Notes under the pieces: model-generated
Seen by the model: only the letters and a program-made list of their open reading frames with translations
Told to the model about the DNA's origin: nothing
Databases searched by the model: none
NCBI GenBank assembly: GCA_016748015.1
Contig: JAAOMT010000577.1
Location: forward strand, 1 to 64,000
Length of the DNA: 64,000 bases
From: Geosiphon pyriformis uo1
Lineage: Eukaryota; Fungi; Glomeromycota
Direction: 5' to 3'
Position numbers and translations under genes: made by a program
In this document: positions 11,754-25,005 of the stretch, piece after piece
Numbering within the stretch: position 1 is the stretch's first letter
Layout of the letters: each line of letters begins with the position of its first letter

Positions 11754-13418
11754 ATGACTCATACTGAACCACCTCTCGAGTCCGCCCCTGAAAAATTTAA
11801 GCAAAACCAAAATTTCACAGGAGGTGAACAAGAGTATGAATTTGTACACAAGCCAGAGAAGACTCATCAAAACCGTTCAAGCCACCGGTCTCAAACTCAG
11901 CCCTCTAACTCGAGAAAACATTCTGGAAATTATTACAATCGCGATCACACTCGCCCTCAACATCCCCTTCCTGAAGGGAACGGTGACATTTGCGTTCACG
12001 ACCATTATAGTATAATTTTCAACATTTATGGAATCGCGCAAACTATTGAGGAATATGTATTACTCTTCATTATGGCTTCAGATGTTGAGGAACCTGCGCA
12101 ATTACCCAAATTCTTTACAATCCGAGATATACTAGATGAGTGTTGTCGAGAGGGCTATATAGAGATGGAATCCAACAAACTCATGAAAGATCTACTCCAG
12201 TCATATGCTAAAGCTCGAAATCCAACCGATGAGAATAAAAGAAAGCAAATAATGGAATACATTTTTCAGAATTTGAGAATAATTGGCGAAATCAAAAGCT
12301 GGAAGAGCTTTCATAACGATTATTTAAGCAAAGTTCGCATGTCAGAAACTCGTTACTTACGTTGGATATGTCTTCAACGCATTCTCGCTTTTCGCTCCTT
12401 TGGTCACGTTTTGAAGGGAAATAAAAACTCAAAATCTATCCTAAATGAGTTTAAAGATATTAAAGATTATGATGATGGTGTTAATGATGATGTGGAATCC
12501 GCCAATTCTTTAGGAGCTGAATCTGAAATCAAAGATCTTCGAAACCAAATCCATAAGTTAAAACAAGAAGCCTCACAATATCAGGCGACTCTAGGGAATA
12601 TAACACATGTTGGTTGGAAAGATGATGATCCTAACAACGTGGTTCAATTGGCTAAAGATATTGAAAATTTGCAACATTTAATCCGCGATTTTACTCAAGT
12701 CCGAGGTAGTAATTTTAAGCTAAATTCTGAAAACTGTCAAAAGCTTCTACAGGAATCCAATTGTGAAACCCAACTTTCGAGTTTTAAAGGAAAAACAGCT
12801 ATAAGCTTTGCATTACAACAACTTATTATAAGGACCATTGAGGAAGCGGTTCAAAAGTACTATACAATTAATCAAAACACACAATCGACATTTGATGAAA
12901 CCCAAAACCTTGAAGTCTCAATTTCTTCAAAAGTAAATTCATTAATCGGTTTAATGCAAAAGTTTTCTAACACTCGTATTGACAACGACGACTTTACTAG
13001 AGTTGCTCCTGTCAAGCTTCGACAACAAGTTTATTCGGTACTGGGATCTCATGCATTTTCAAGTCCAAACCATCCCTTTTTTAAATATCTGATAAAAATT
13101 GTACTCGATAAAATGGAAATTTATCGCGAAATACTTTCAGAAGAATATAAAGCAGAACTACCACGTCGAGCAGCTGAAGTTATTCGTCAAGTTATCTGTA
13201 TTTTTCTATATCGGATAAAGACTCAAGCAGAAATTCCTCAAATTAAATTCTTTGAAGCAGGAACACCTTTAGATAACGGATTGATGGAAGGTTCATTTGA
13301 TAGTGAAAATGAGGTAGTAGATATCTGTGGGTTCCCAGCTATTGGTACCAATCTTGATGATGCTAAAAAGCGAAAAATTCTTTGTAAGGCCTTAGTACAG
13401 GCAAGATACAATCAATAG
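11754..13418 (+). CDS. Intronless hypothetical protein (554 aa from the first ATG) with a coiled coil and a putative GrpE/MIEAP-like C-terminal domain
   Basis: Long ORF. Heptad segment EIKDLRNQIHKLKQEASQYQATL, long helices, then FFEAGTPLDNGLMEG...EVVDICGFPAIG...RKILCKALVQAR. Divergent from the HSP70-like gene, ATGs 509 bp apart. Confidence 0.85.
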   Translation: MTHTEPPLESAPEKFKQNQNFTGGEQEYEFVHKPEKTHQNRSSHRSQTQPSNSRKHSGNYYNRDHTRPQHPLPEGNGDICVHDHYSIIFNIYGIAQTIEEYVLLFIMASDVEEPAQLPKFFTIRDILDECCREGYIEMESNKLMKDLLQSYAKARNPTDENKRKQIMEYIFQNLRIIGEIKSWKSFHNDYLSKVRMSETRYLRWICLQRILAFRSFGHVLKGNKNSKSILNEFKDIKDYDDGVNDDVESANSLGAESEIKDLRNQIHKLKQEASQYQATLGNITHVGWKDDDPNNVVQLAKDIENLQHLIRDFTQVRGSNFKLNSENCQKLLQESNCETQLSSFKGKTAISFALQQLIIRTIEEAVQKYYTINQNTQSTFDETQNLEVSISSKVNSLIGLMQKFSNTRIDNDDFTRVAPVKLRQQVYSVLGSHAFSSPNHPFFKYLIKIVLDKMEIYREILSEEYKAELPRRAAEVIRQVICIFLYRIKTQAEIPQIKFFEAGTPLDNGLMEGSFDSENEVVDICGFPAIGTNLDDAKKRKILCKALVQARYNQ

Positions 13419-14575
13419 CCTTTTCGAGAATAGTGGAAATATATTATTAAAGTATAATATTATCTTATGCTCGTTATACATAAAAGCAAATTTCTTTGAT
13501 TGATTTTAAAATTATATATAATTTTTCAGCCCTCAGTTTTTGAGTTTTAAATGAACATTTTTTGAAATTTAAGAATATATGGCCCGAACCAATTGACCTT
13601 TTGAAATCAGAAATTACTAAATCGGCTTTAATTTAATAATTTTTTTTGTTATGGTAAAACAGTAAAATACTTGAATTTTCTAGACTGATTGAAGAATGAT
13701 TTTACGAAGCCTTAAATAAATACCTTAAGTTTTCAACTATTTAATTTCAAGATATTTTGTTCAGAAAATTTTAAAGTAAATAAATTATTTTACATTCATG
13801 TATCTTTCAATTTCAATTTTAAATTTAAAGCTTAAAGGGTTTAAAATTTTTTAATAAAAAATTATCATTTAAAGTTTTTTTTATATTTACATACTCACAG
13901 TATGAATTATTATTATTATTATTTACAATTTAATTTTTTTTTTGAAACAGGATCTAAATTTTATGTTATTAATTTAATAATATTACTAAATTAAAAACCA
14001 ATAACTAAAAAAAATAGTATAATGTTTTGATTTACTTATAAATTATTTAAAAATTAAAATTATTTTTTTTATAACTAAATAATATTAGTTTTTATTCTAT
14101 TATTGTTTTATTATAATTTTAAAAAGTATATTTTTATTATTTATTAAATCAAAATTTTTATCTCATTATTAATTGAGAATAAAAACAGTTAATTTTCAGT
14201 TTTTTGAAATTCATTATTTTTAATAATTGTAAAAATTTTAATTATGTTGTAGAAAAAAAAATATTTAGAAAAAATAATACTAGACAAAAGTTGACTAATA
14301 AGAATTTCATATTTAATTTTAATATTATCAATTAAAAGATATATTTATTTAAAATATAATAGTTTTATTATATTATTTTTAATTCGGAAGAAACCGAAAA
14401 ATTAAGTGTCTGTACATATTAAAAGCAAAAGAATATTATTTAAACTTTTTATAAACAATAGACAGCATAAATTTATTCATTTAATTGTTGAAAACAAAAT
14501 TTTATAAAAACCTTAAAGGAAAAGAATTTAAGTTTATAAAACATTTACCTTCAAATAACGAGATATCGGTTACTT

Positions 14576-15736
14576 TTAAAATAAATCGAAATTAAAAATT
14601 TCCGAAAGATCGCGAATTATTAGCATGTTTTTTCTTCTATTATCAGCATCATTTTTCAAAAGATTTCTCCTAAGTAACAGGGAATTAAATCCAATCTGCT
14701 TGGCTCCTTCATAATCTCTGTTTTATATTAAAAGTGTAAGAATTCTTAAAAAAAAAAATTAATTGAACTAAAACAATAAATCTAATTCAATTGAACTCTT
14801 ACCCAATTTCGTCATCTCCAACATGCAAAATTTCTTGTTCTTTGATTTCATCGTCGAATTCTAAAGCTTTTTGGAAAATCATAGGGGACGGTTTTTCATA
14901 ACCCACTTCACTACTCACAAGTACAAAATCCCAAAATTTTCCAATTCCAAGAGATGATAATACTTTGGCTGATTCAATGAAAATGAATAAGACAAAATAA
15001 AAGATATCAAATGATTCAAACTGAAGTAAATGGTTGAATACCTACGCGTTCATCTGAATTACTTATAACACCCAATTTGATGTTGCGTGAATGTAATTCT
15101 TTGAGAACTGGTTTAGTGTCGGGGTACAGCCTATAAGCGTCCGATGTAGAAAACTTTTTGTACAGGGAATCGGCGAGAACACCGATCTTAGAGGAAAGTA
15201 CTAATCGATTTATGTTATTGAAAAAAATTTTCACTCATAAATCATTTACAATCCATCTAGAAATACCGAAACGGGTTAATCAGCAAATTTTTACCTTTTT
15301 CATCGACTCCAGCACCAAGATATGTTAATCTAACAACCTTAATTAGATTTTTTCATTAACGGGAAGATGCGAAAAATGTAAAAAAAATTGACTTTGACAA
15401 TTTCAAAAGAAGTACCTGATTCCACCAATATTGACTTGTCATTTTATGAGAATAACCGTAATTAGGGTATCTTTGCCTCATGGTAGCAAAAGCATTTTTG
15501 AAGCTTTTATTTATGTCCGCTTCATTTGTTTTCATGTGATGTCTTAATGCTTCCTTGACCTAAAAATGAGTTTTTTTAGTTAATTTAATTATTGATTCGA
15601 GAAATATTCTCGTAGGAAAGTTTGAAAGGTAAAAATCGTAAAATTGATTTACATATAAATGCCCGATATTGCCACCTTGTGGCCGATAAAGTGTTCCAAA
15701 TGCATCAAAAGTAATGAGTTTAATAATATTAGGCAT
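14576..15736 (-). CDS. HAD-superfamily hydrolase, HDHD3/REG-2-like, multi-exon
   Basis: MPNIIKLITFDAFGTLY (motif I), RYPNYGY, LGVISNSDER (motif II), GYEKPSPMIF (motif III), LHVGDDE...DYEGAKQIG (motif IV). GT-AG introns; stop at 14576-14578. Confidence 0.9.
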
Positions 15737-18482
15737 TTAAAATATTAAGATTTTTAAGTGTTCCAAGCAAGAAGGAAATTAGCATCTAGATTTGGAAAAT
15801 CAAAATTTCCATCTGTTAAATTACTTTTGGTAGGTTTGTCTGATTAGCCTAAGATTTAACTATAGGGGTAAATTTAAGATATCCAAACATTTGATCAGAA
15901 AAAAAAACTACTCCATAGCTTGGATTATTCAGAATATACAGGAAGCAAAATTGAGGTATTAAAACCTGGAAGCTTTGAAATTGAAGAGGAGGATTTTATT
16001 GAGATCAATTTCAAAAATGTCTATACTGTCTGGAAAGACAAAGATCTCTGGAATTTTGACTCTTCAATAGATTATTTTCAAAGAACAAAAAACAGGCTAT
16101 TTCTCCTCTCTTGAAAAAATATTTTTCAATTATCAAAAATTGCTCCTTTTAAAGAATTAAACCTAAATTTATCTAGACATTCACAACTATTAAGAAGTAT
16201 ACTGAAGAAAATTGGTTGGTGAAAAGTTGGTTTAACATATCTATATATCTACCAAAAAACTTAATTTCTCATGCCTAAAAATTTCAGTTTGCCTAAATTG
16301 AGAATTACCATCATATTCATCTATACTACTATAAGTATGGGAAGTTCCTTGATAATAAGAAAAATATTTTATAAAATTCTAACGTATTTTCAGGTAGAAT
16401 AGGAATACATGACTTTTTGATAATCTGAACGGCATCTTTTGACAATTTGTATTTATTATTCAAGTTTCCAAACCTTTATTATATAACTCCAGTTTGGGTG
16501 TTTTCTAGCTAATAATTTTGAAATTGCTTTGTCCATATCGCAATCGATCTGAAATCTTTAGGCTTTGCCCAAATTATAGTGCATATATTAAACCATTCAA
16601 TCTTCAAACAACATTATGAGAAAGTAAGAAAATTTGTGTAATTATTGCTTTGTGAACAGGGTGCATTGTCCTCTTGGAAAAAAAAATTTCTTTAGTCTGG
16701 CGGGTAATTGTTTTGAAAATAGGAATTGCATGGATGGCAAGCAAGTAAATCTTGAAATAATTTTCCAGAAATTGAACCTATAAGTGAAATAATGGGTCCC
16801 AATTTTAAAAAAGAAAAGCCTGCCCAAAATATTCTTTGAGAAGGTTTCAGAATCTTCACGATATTATTCCCCTAGTTTATGTCACATCTTTCCCTATCCA
16901 GACTTTTGAGAAAAAGTGGACTCATCTGTCCCGAATATCCATTTTCCAGTCGTTTATAGTCCAATGCCTTCTTTCTATAGCTTATACAAGTCGTTTTCTA
17001 CTGAAATCATTGGTTTCATGCGAGGAATACAGGAATTTACGTTTTCTTTGCTTGTAGAAACAGGTTTGTTGCTATATTCTTTTGACATTTTCAGGTGTCA
17101 AAAATAGGTGGTTCTCCTAATTCATGAGCCTGCAAATACTCGTGTAACAGTTGTACGATAACATTCTAGAGTTTTCGCAATCCCAGTATTATTATGACCC
17201 GAGTTTTTGCTATAATAATGGCTCCTTTTCGCATAGAAGTAAGTTCTTTGGCAAGACCTATTACATGCGACGAATCAACAAATACAAAGGGTTAAATTCA
17301 AACAAATACAAAGCGTTAAATTCAAACAAATAAAAATTCATGGTAACTCTCGTTAACTATAATAAAAATTGATGGCTTTAATCCGAAGATCAATAAAAAC
17401 ACGATCAATTTTCGGATTAAATGGTCAATTGTTTATTAGCTCTAATAAAATCCAAGATTTATTATAAACCAAAATAAGAAAAACTTCACCTGTTGTACAT
17501 ATTTTACATACATCATCACAACTCATAAAAGCAAACATAATTTCCTTACTTTTTACTTATAAAGTGTTGAATAGTCTTTGTGGCTTGATAAAGTATTATT
17601 TTTTAAGATCATATTAGCAAAGCAATTTAACATAAAAGAATTTACAGTACATGACATTTTGAAAAAAAAAAAGTAAAAATTTAAGCCCATAAATCCTTAG
17701 CATTATAACTTGACTAAGTAAATAATGCAGATTTTTCAATTTCTTATTTCAAAAGACTAACAATTTTGCTTAATTGATAAAGAATAATGATTTTAAAGAA
17801 ATTCAAAAACTTTTTATCAAAATAAAATTTTATAAAATAAAATGAAATAAATTATAATAAAAATAAATAAATTAAAAACAAATTATAAAAAAAATAAATT
17901 AAGTTAAAATAAAATAAAACATTTAGATTTAATATGATGAAAAAAAAATACATTAATAAATAATATATTTTTTTTTATAATTAAAAATTCAATATAATTC
18001 TTAGAAATTTTAGCATTTAAATATTTTTTTTAAGTTTTCTTTTTAATTCTTTCCAAAAATGTTCAATATATTTAAGTAGACGAGCCAATCTTGAATTGAA
18101 TTGAATTGATTTTTTGCATCCACCTTTTGCTTTATTCTAATTAATAATTGCTTTTTATCGTAAAAAGACTTGCCTCTTTTTAAAATTTAAGGCTATACAA
18201 TTTTTTAGGATTACAAAAAAAAATATGGATAGATCCATTCAAAACTAAACAACAGCCCCAATTGACTAAATATCTATTTGAAGATTGACACAAAAGATAT
18301 GAAAAATATTTAATTTCTCTAGCTTCATCTTTTTACAGATTATCAAAACATTTTTTAGGACTCTTCCATGATGCAAAGTGCAATTCAATATGGGATAACA
18401 AACATAAATATTTTTTTCATGGAATGAAGCAAGATGATCAAAAGAATTATTAAAACACAATGTGGCATCGCAGAGGAAAAAA

Positions 18483-18558
18483 ACGAACGAACTAACGAAC
18501 GAACGAACGAACGAGCGAACGAATGAACGAATGAACGAACGAACGAACGAACGAACGA
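18483..18558. repeat. (GAAC)n tetranucleotide microsatellite
   Basis: Imperfect aacgaacgaac... array. Confidence 0.9.
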
Positions 18559-19120
18559 AAGAAAGAAAAATATTACTGTTTAGTATGTCTCATTATTATG
18601 TCCATCAGTTAGTAGCTCAATTAAAAGACCACTTATTAGGAATTGCTAGACCGATTTAACTTTGTTAATTACAAAAAAAAATTTTAAGTATAGAAATGAA
18701 AATACATTTTTATTCGGACTATATAATACCCGAAATTTCGTCATAAATCAAATATGAAAAACCTACCCCTGACTTTTAGTTATACATTTTTCATTTGATT
18801 TCTAAAATCAAGATATCTTTAGTTGATGATAATTGTCATTTTTAAAGTTTGAAAAATCCCGTTTTTTAGTAGTACCGTTTCAGTATATTGGGATCTGAAA
18901 ATCTCGGTGTGATATATATATATATATTTTTGTCGTAAATTTAATCACGGAGCAATATTTATCCAAATTTTTTTTTTGATATCATCGATGATGAGATTGA
19001 TCCGAAGATTTACGAGCGTATCTAATTAAAGGTAAATTACTTTAGTGAAATAACTTGGCTTCCAATAATGAAATAAGATTTATGGCAAATAATTTAATCA
19101 AAGAAACATTAAACATGCTA

Positions 19121-19196
19121 TAAATACATGAAATATACAAATCATAAATAATTATTTGTAAATACATGAAATATACACATCATAAACAATTATTTG
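19121..19196. repeat. 38-bp tandem duplication (2 copies)
   Basis: taaatacatgaaatatac(a/c)atcataaa(t/c)aattatttg twice. Confidence 0.85.
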
Positions 19197-20138
19197 TAAT
19201 CAAAGTAAAAAACTTTGTAAAAACCAAAAAACTTACAAGTTTAAAGTTGAACATGTAATTTTTTGTATATAGGTCACCAACGGCCAAAATTATTATTAAA
19301 TTCAAAAGTTGATAGAGAAAATTTTGAAATTACAATTAATATAATTTGATTAGGAATTTCTTTTCTAAGTTCTTATATTGAAATTTGATCAAGTTATCCC
19401 GAACGTTATCTCCTAATAAATATGTGGAGGACGCAAGTAATTGGATGAAAAAATTAGATTGATGTTTTATGAAATTAATAAAAAGTTAAAAAATTTTCAT
19501 CCTAAAATTTTTATCTATAGATACTTTAAAAATTAATATTTTTCCTAAAATCCGTTGAAAAATTCGGGACTAATTTTAAGAGAAAAGATAAAAGTAATGT
19601 AACTATCAAGCTCTTGATCGAAAAAAATTTACATCTTTTTCGTTCATCCATGATTAATTACGAACCATGTGTTAAATCTTCCGAGAAAATCCTAATACAT
19701 GAACGCGTTTCAAAAAAAAATTTTTTTTTTTTTTTTTTTTTTTAATTAATCCCAAATATTACTGATATTTGCGCGACGACTATCGATAACATTTGTATTT
19801 AAACTAAAGCTGTGAAAAAGTTTTAAACCTCAAAAATATTTCAAAGTTCTTATAAATATTAAAAAGCAACGATTTCTCCCAAAATTCATATAAAAAGTTT
19901 TTATTGAAAAATCTTTTTTTCTAAAAATTTCTTTTCTTTTATACTAAAAATTTTGAGATATAAAACCTTGAAGGTACTCTCTAAAGTTTTTTTAACAAGT
20001 CTCAGGAACAAAGTATATATATATATATATCCTAGAAGTTTATAATTAGCAATTAACAAATAGTTAAAACGCGTCCTTCTTTTATAATTCCTTTATAATT
20101 TGTAAATTTTTACTTTTTCTTTTAAAAAAAAATATAAA

Positions 20139-20886
20139 ATGGGAAAGCTTGTGTGGAGTCAATGGGCAAATCTTATCGCAATTACGGCTGGCGTTTGTAA
20201 GTATTTTAAGGATAATTATAATAAACTATTGATAATATTTTTTAAAGATTTTATTAAATATATATAATTTTATGATATCTTTAGTTCAAATAGTTGGAGG
20301 AATTTTTGGACTTTTTTATCGTATCGCGATGTTTGGCGGAGTAACTACGTAAGTTTTCTTTACATTTTTAAAGGGGGTTAAAACTGTAAATATGTTAAAC
20401 TTAAAATTTGAAATTTTTTTTTGTTACACTTTAGAATTTTCAATGAATTTGTCAATCCTATCAACTATTTAGCTATATTCACCATGTAAGTTTTGAGTTT
20501 ATTCCCTCCCCCTCTCCCTTTCCCTTTCCCTTTCCCTTTCCCTTTCCCTTTCCATCTCCCTCTCTCCCTCTTTACAAATTTAATTTTAACTATTTCCCTA
20601 ACTTTTGAAATCAAATCATCAAATATTTAATTTTTTTAGAGTCTCTGGATTCATTATTCTCTTTATCGAATATCCTATACAGCCTTTCAAAAATTTTTTA
20701 ATAATAACGTTATACCTCCCACGCATTTTACTCTACCTCATAATATCCGGTATCTCAATCTTAAACTATCAAAACGTCAACCCAGCTGTATATCTTCATA
20801 TCGCAACAATTATGTACGCTACTGCTATGGTAAAGGGCGAAAATAAACACCGATCAACTGGGAATCGAGTGAATCAAATGGTCTGA
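20139..20886 (+). CDS. noxD: NADPH oxidase small membrane subunit NoxD/Pro41 (p22phox-like), 139 aa, 4 exons
   Basis: Exons 20139-20196, 20285-20348, 20435-20485, 20640-20886 (420 nt, in frame, GT-AG): MGKLVWSQWANLIAITAGVFQIVGGIFGLFYR...ILFIEYP...PRILLYLII...NYQNVNPAVYL...AMVKGE. The N-terminus and EYP resemble p22phox; YQxxNPAxY and GE resemble Pro41/NoxD. Confidence 0.85.
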
Positions 20887-21291
20887 TCGAATTCTGACTT
20901 CAATTTCTAAAAGGCCTGGATAACTGCAAATCTTGTTTTAAAAAGTTTGGTCAACTTTTTCCTTGTATATTTTTTTTTTTTCTAAAGAGACATTTCATTT
21001 TATTAGATTAAACATTTGAATTTTTCATTTTCGGCTAAAAGAAAATTCCTTGATAGGAATTTGGAGTGAATTTTTATTGATTGAAGATCATCCAAATATT
21101 TTAACTTCTCCCCCTTTTGTTTCATTTCGGACAATTTTAATTTATATATTATTATTATTTTTTCACGTTGTACATTACCATATCACAAAAAATCATTTCT
21201 TTTCCCCTCAGAAATCTTTTGAAAATTTTATAGAGCTCAAATTTAAAAAATGTAGAAATCATGAGTCCTTGCTGGCCTGACTCAGTTTTGA

Positions 21292-21340
21292 TGTTGTCGT
21301 TGTTGCTGTTGTTGTTGTTGTTGTTGTTGTTGTTGTCGTC
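21292..21340. repeat. (GTT)n microsatellite (second array at about 21613-21643)
   Basis: Trinucleotide run. Confidence 0.85.
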
Positions 21341-21611
21341 AAAATAGAAATAAATTTAAAAAGTATCACGAATTAAAAACACTCAAAAATTTACATTTTT
21401 TGAAACTTGTCTTTTTCTCCTCTGATATTTGTTTAAAGGAACTGCATTTCGAATTTTAGATTTAAAAAGAATTTTAGGTTTAGAATTTCTGGAATACTTG
21501 AACTTTTGAAATTTTCTAATAGGAAATGTATATCTAATTTATCAAAAGAAATTTTTTTCTCTTGAAAAACACAATATCTTAATATATTTATCAAAGGCAA
21601 ATGATGATTTT

Positions 21612-21645
<34 letters not shown>

Positions 21646-22199
21646 TTAAATTTTTGGACCGTTACCTATAAACTTTAAAATAGTGGCTTTAATTTGTCCA
21701 GAAATTAAAGTTGAAATAAAATCTAAAAAATTATGAGTAGAATCACTTGACATATTTTGTGGAAAATTTACCTCAAATTTATGAATTTTGATATAATCCC
21801 GTAAAGCTAATCTAATTTATTTTAAACAAATTGGGAACACACACAATGAAAACATTTTTTTTTTTTTTTTTTGAATAAGACTTTTAAAATTAAAAACTCC
21901 TGATTACCAAACTTTAATATATACAAAGTAACTTATCTGTAGAACAAAATATCATGTATCTTTAAAACAAGTGGGATAAAGTTTTTGATTTTCTTTTTAT
22001 TTTATCAGAGTAAATACATAAACCATGTAAAATATATATATATATATATTTTTTTTACGTGTCAAAGATATTTTTAATTAATTTTTAATAAAATCCTTTT
22101 CATTTAAATAATAGTTTCATTTATATATAAATATATAACAAGTTTTTTTTTTAATTAATATTTTTGCTATGATTAAATGTTTTTAATCTATTTGTTTTA

Positions 22200-22256
22200 G
22201 CTTTTTTTTTGTTTTGTTTTTTGTTTTGTTTTAGTTTTTTTTTGTTTTTGTTTTGT

Positions 22257-22288
<32 letters not shown>

Positions 22289-22448
22289 ATGTTTTTGTTT
22301 TTTTTTGGTTTTGGTTTTGGTTTTGGTTTTGGTTTTGTATTGTTTTAGAAAAAAATATAAAAATAAAAATAAAAAAGTGTAAAATAAAATTTCTTTTTTT
22401 TTTTTTTTTTTTTTTACAAATAATTTTTTATTTTTAAAAATACAAGTA

Positions 22449-22514
<66 letters not shown>

Positions 22515-22730
22515 CATAATCATTAAAATTAAAATTTTTTTTTTATTTGATTTCTCTTATAAAAAAAAATTCTTTATTTTATAATAAATTAATTGTATTT
22601 TAAATTAAATTTGTAATATAATAAAATAATATAAGTAATATAGTAATAAAATAAAATAATATAATAATAAAATAATAATATAGTAATAAAGTAATAATAT
22701 AGTAATAAAGTAATATAGTAATATAGTATT
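22200..22730. repeat. Low-complexity block: GTTTT(T) repeats, poly-T, (AAT)n at 22449-22512, TAGTAATA-type repeats
   Basis: Simple repeats visible directly. Confidence 0.85.
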
Positions 22731-23132
22731 AATTAATTATTGTTTAATTATTGTTTGAAATACAAATTTATAAAATACCATTTGTTTTGTTTTTTTTTCT
22801 TTATAATTTTTTTTTTTAAAAAACAAATGGAAAAATTTCTGATACCCATTCATATATATATCTATATATCTGTAGTATATCAAAGAGAAATCTTTGCAAA
22901 AAAAAAAAAAAAAGTGTTTAAATGCAATAGAAATTCTTTGATAGCTATAGTTGATCGATTTAATCTATTCGGATCAAATCAAATACTAACTCAAGTGTAC
23001 ATGTTATTTATCCAATTTCTTATTACAATCTCTGACTATATATATATATTTTTTATCTACGTTTTTAATAATCACTAATTTCAAATGTTTAACACATAAA
23101 ACATATCAAACATGCAATACTTCGCTTTTAAC

Positions 23133-24713
23133 TTAATAATTTCCATCTGGTTGGAATACGTGATTTAATCTTCGTTCTGCGCTACTATGATCATTTTGCA
23201 AAGCTTTCTTGTACCAAAGGATGGCACTATGAAGATCGATTAGAGTCCCTCGCCCATAATAATATAGTTCCCCAAGTTTACATTGAGCATAAGGGTCACC
23301 ATCTTCGGCTGATTTTAGATACCAATAAAAGGCTTTTTGAAAATCGACAGGCGTCCCAAGGCCTGAATGATGACAATAGCCGAGATAATATTCACCTTGA
23401 GGATCATTGGCAAGCGCCGATTTTTCATACCATTCGTATGCCGCAGTTAAGTTTACAGGGGTACCAATTCCATTTTCATAACAATAAGCCTTGTTCAAAA
23501 CGTAAATTGATATATAAATGAGACCATGAAGCGATAATTGAACATCAAAAATAATAAAATGCAAATTAAACACACAGACACACACACACCAAGTTATTTT
23601 GACCTCTCGTATATCCACCATTTGCCGATTTCTGGAACCAGTAAAAAGCTTCTTTATCATCTTGAGGTGTACCAATACATTTTCGATAACAATGTCCAAA
23701 CCCACATTGACCATAGGCATCACCAGCTTCAGCTGCTCTTTGATACCAGAAAAAAGCCCTTAACTCATTAACCTCTGTACCAATTCCTTTCTGATAATAA
23801 TATGCTAATGTGGCTTGTGCGTCTATGTCACCACCTCGAGCAGATTTTAAGTACCATTTAAATGCAATTGATTCATCTTTTTTGACACCAACACCTTTCT
23901 CAAAACATTTGGCGAAATTGTATTGAGCAGCAGTGCTTCCATTCTTTGCCGAAATTTCATACCACTCAAACGCTTTCTTATCATCTTTTACCGTACCAAT
24001 TCCATCTCGATAACAATGAGCAAGCAGGTTTTGACTGTATATACCTTTCATCTCTGACCCTTTTTTGTAAGATTCGAAAGCCATTTTCCAATCAGCATGT
24101 GTCCCGATGCCCTAAATTCAAAAATTTATCGACTCTTTAATCACTACCCAAGAAAATTTTTTGATTCAAGAGGAAATTGTCAAATCATTTCTTTATCCCA
24201 TTGATTTACTAATCTCACATGTTCGTAACAAAAGCCCAGTAAACAATGAAATTCGTCTCGATCATCGTCACCCATAAGATCCTTAAAGAATCTCGGTGGA
24301 TCTTGTTTATGCTCTGCCAAGTGTTCTGTAAGCTGGACAGCCATTCTATCGAAATATTCGCCTCGAAACAGTGCATCGGCGAAAATTTTTAATGTTTTTT
24401 CGATGAATGGCGGTTTGTTGCCAAAATTTTGACGGTGAGCTGTTATTCCTTGTATTAGATTGTCAATTGTCATTGAAATTGATAAATTTTACATTGATCA
24501 AATTCTATTCGAGCTAATATTTATACCATGTTTGATCCCTATATTGACATTGATCGGGTGTGATTGCTCCCGCGTGTTCAATGCATCATTTTTTTGTGAT
24601 ATTTCGCTTGAAGCACCATCCGCCATAACGATGTCGGTATCAAGAATAACAGATTTGTGTGATTTAAAAGCTTCAGATATTTTAATGTAAAGATTCAAGG
24701 AGGCAGTTGACAT
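23133..24713 (-). CDS. Sel1-like repeat protein, 4 exons
   Basis: ATG 24713. Intron 24449-24526 joins GIKH|GITAHRQ; then LLGFCYEH|GIGTHADWKMAF; GQNNL|AYCYENGIGT. About nine SLR repeats (AQxxLxxCYxxGIGTxxDxxKAFxWYxKSA). Confidence 0.9.
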
Positions 24714-25005
24714 GATCCTGCTGCTGGTGATGATGATTATTTATTATGTGTTTGTAACTTTGAGAGAGGCAGGGTGACTTAATATATATATTATGTATTA
24801 CTGACCGTGCCCAAACAAAATTAGTGTCTAGTCTTGTACAGCAGTATTGCATCGTCACACAAAACCGATATCGTTAAGAGTTAATCTTTGATTAAAGAAT
24901 CAATCGGATCAAACAATAACGTCACCAGTCTTTGCCGATTTACATGCTTCAAAAATTCAGTCGTTTTTTTAAATGTGATCCTTTCTTGGATGAATAATAT
25001 TTCAA

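Noticed and set aside
15900-17335. Short coding-like ORFs divergent from the HAD gene (possible F-box-like or other relic)
   Set aside because: No diagnostic motif or coherent gene model. Left unannotated; needs a translated search.
18462-18659. ORF with NERT repeats
   Set aside because: It is a translation of the (GAAC)n microsatellite.
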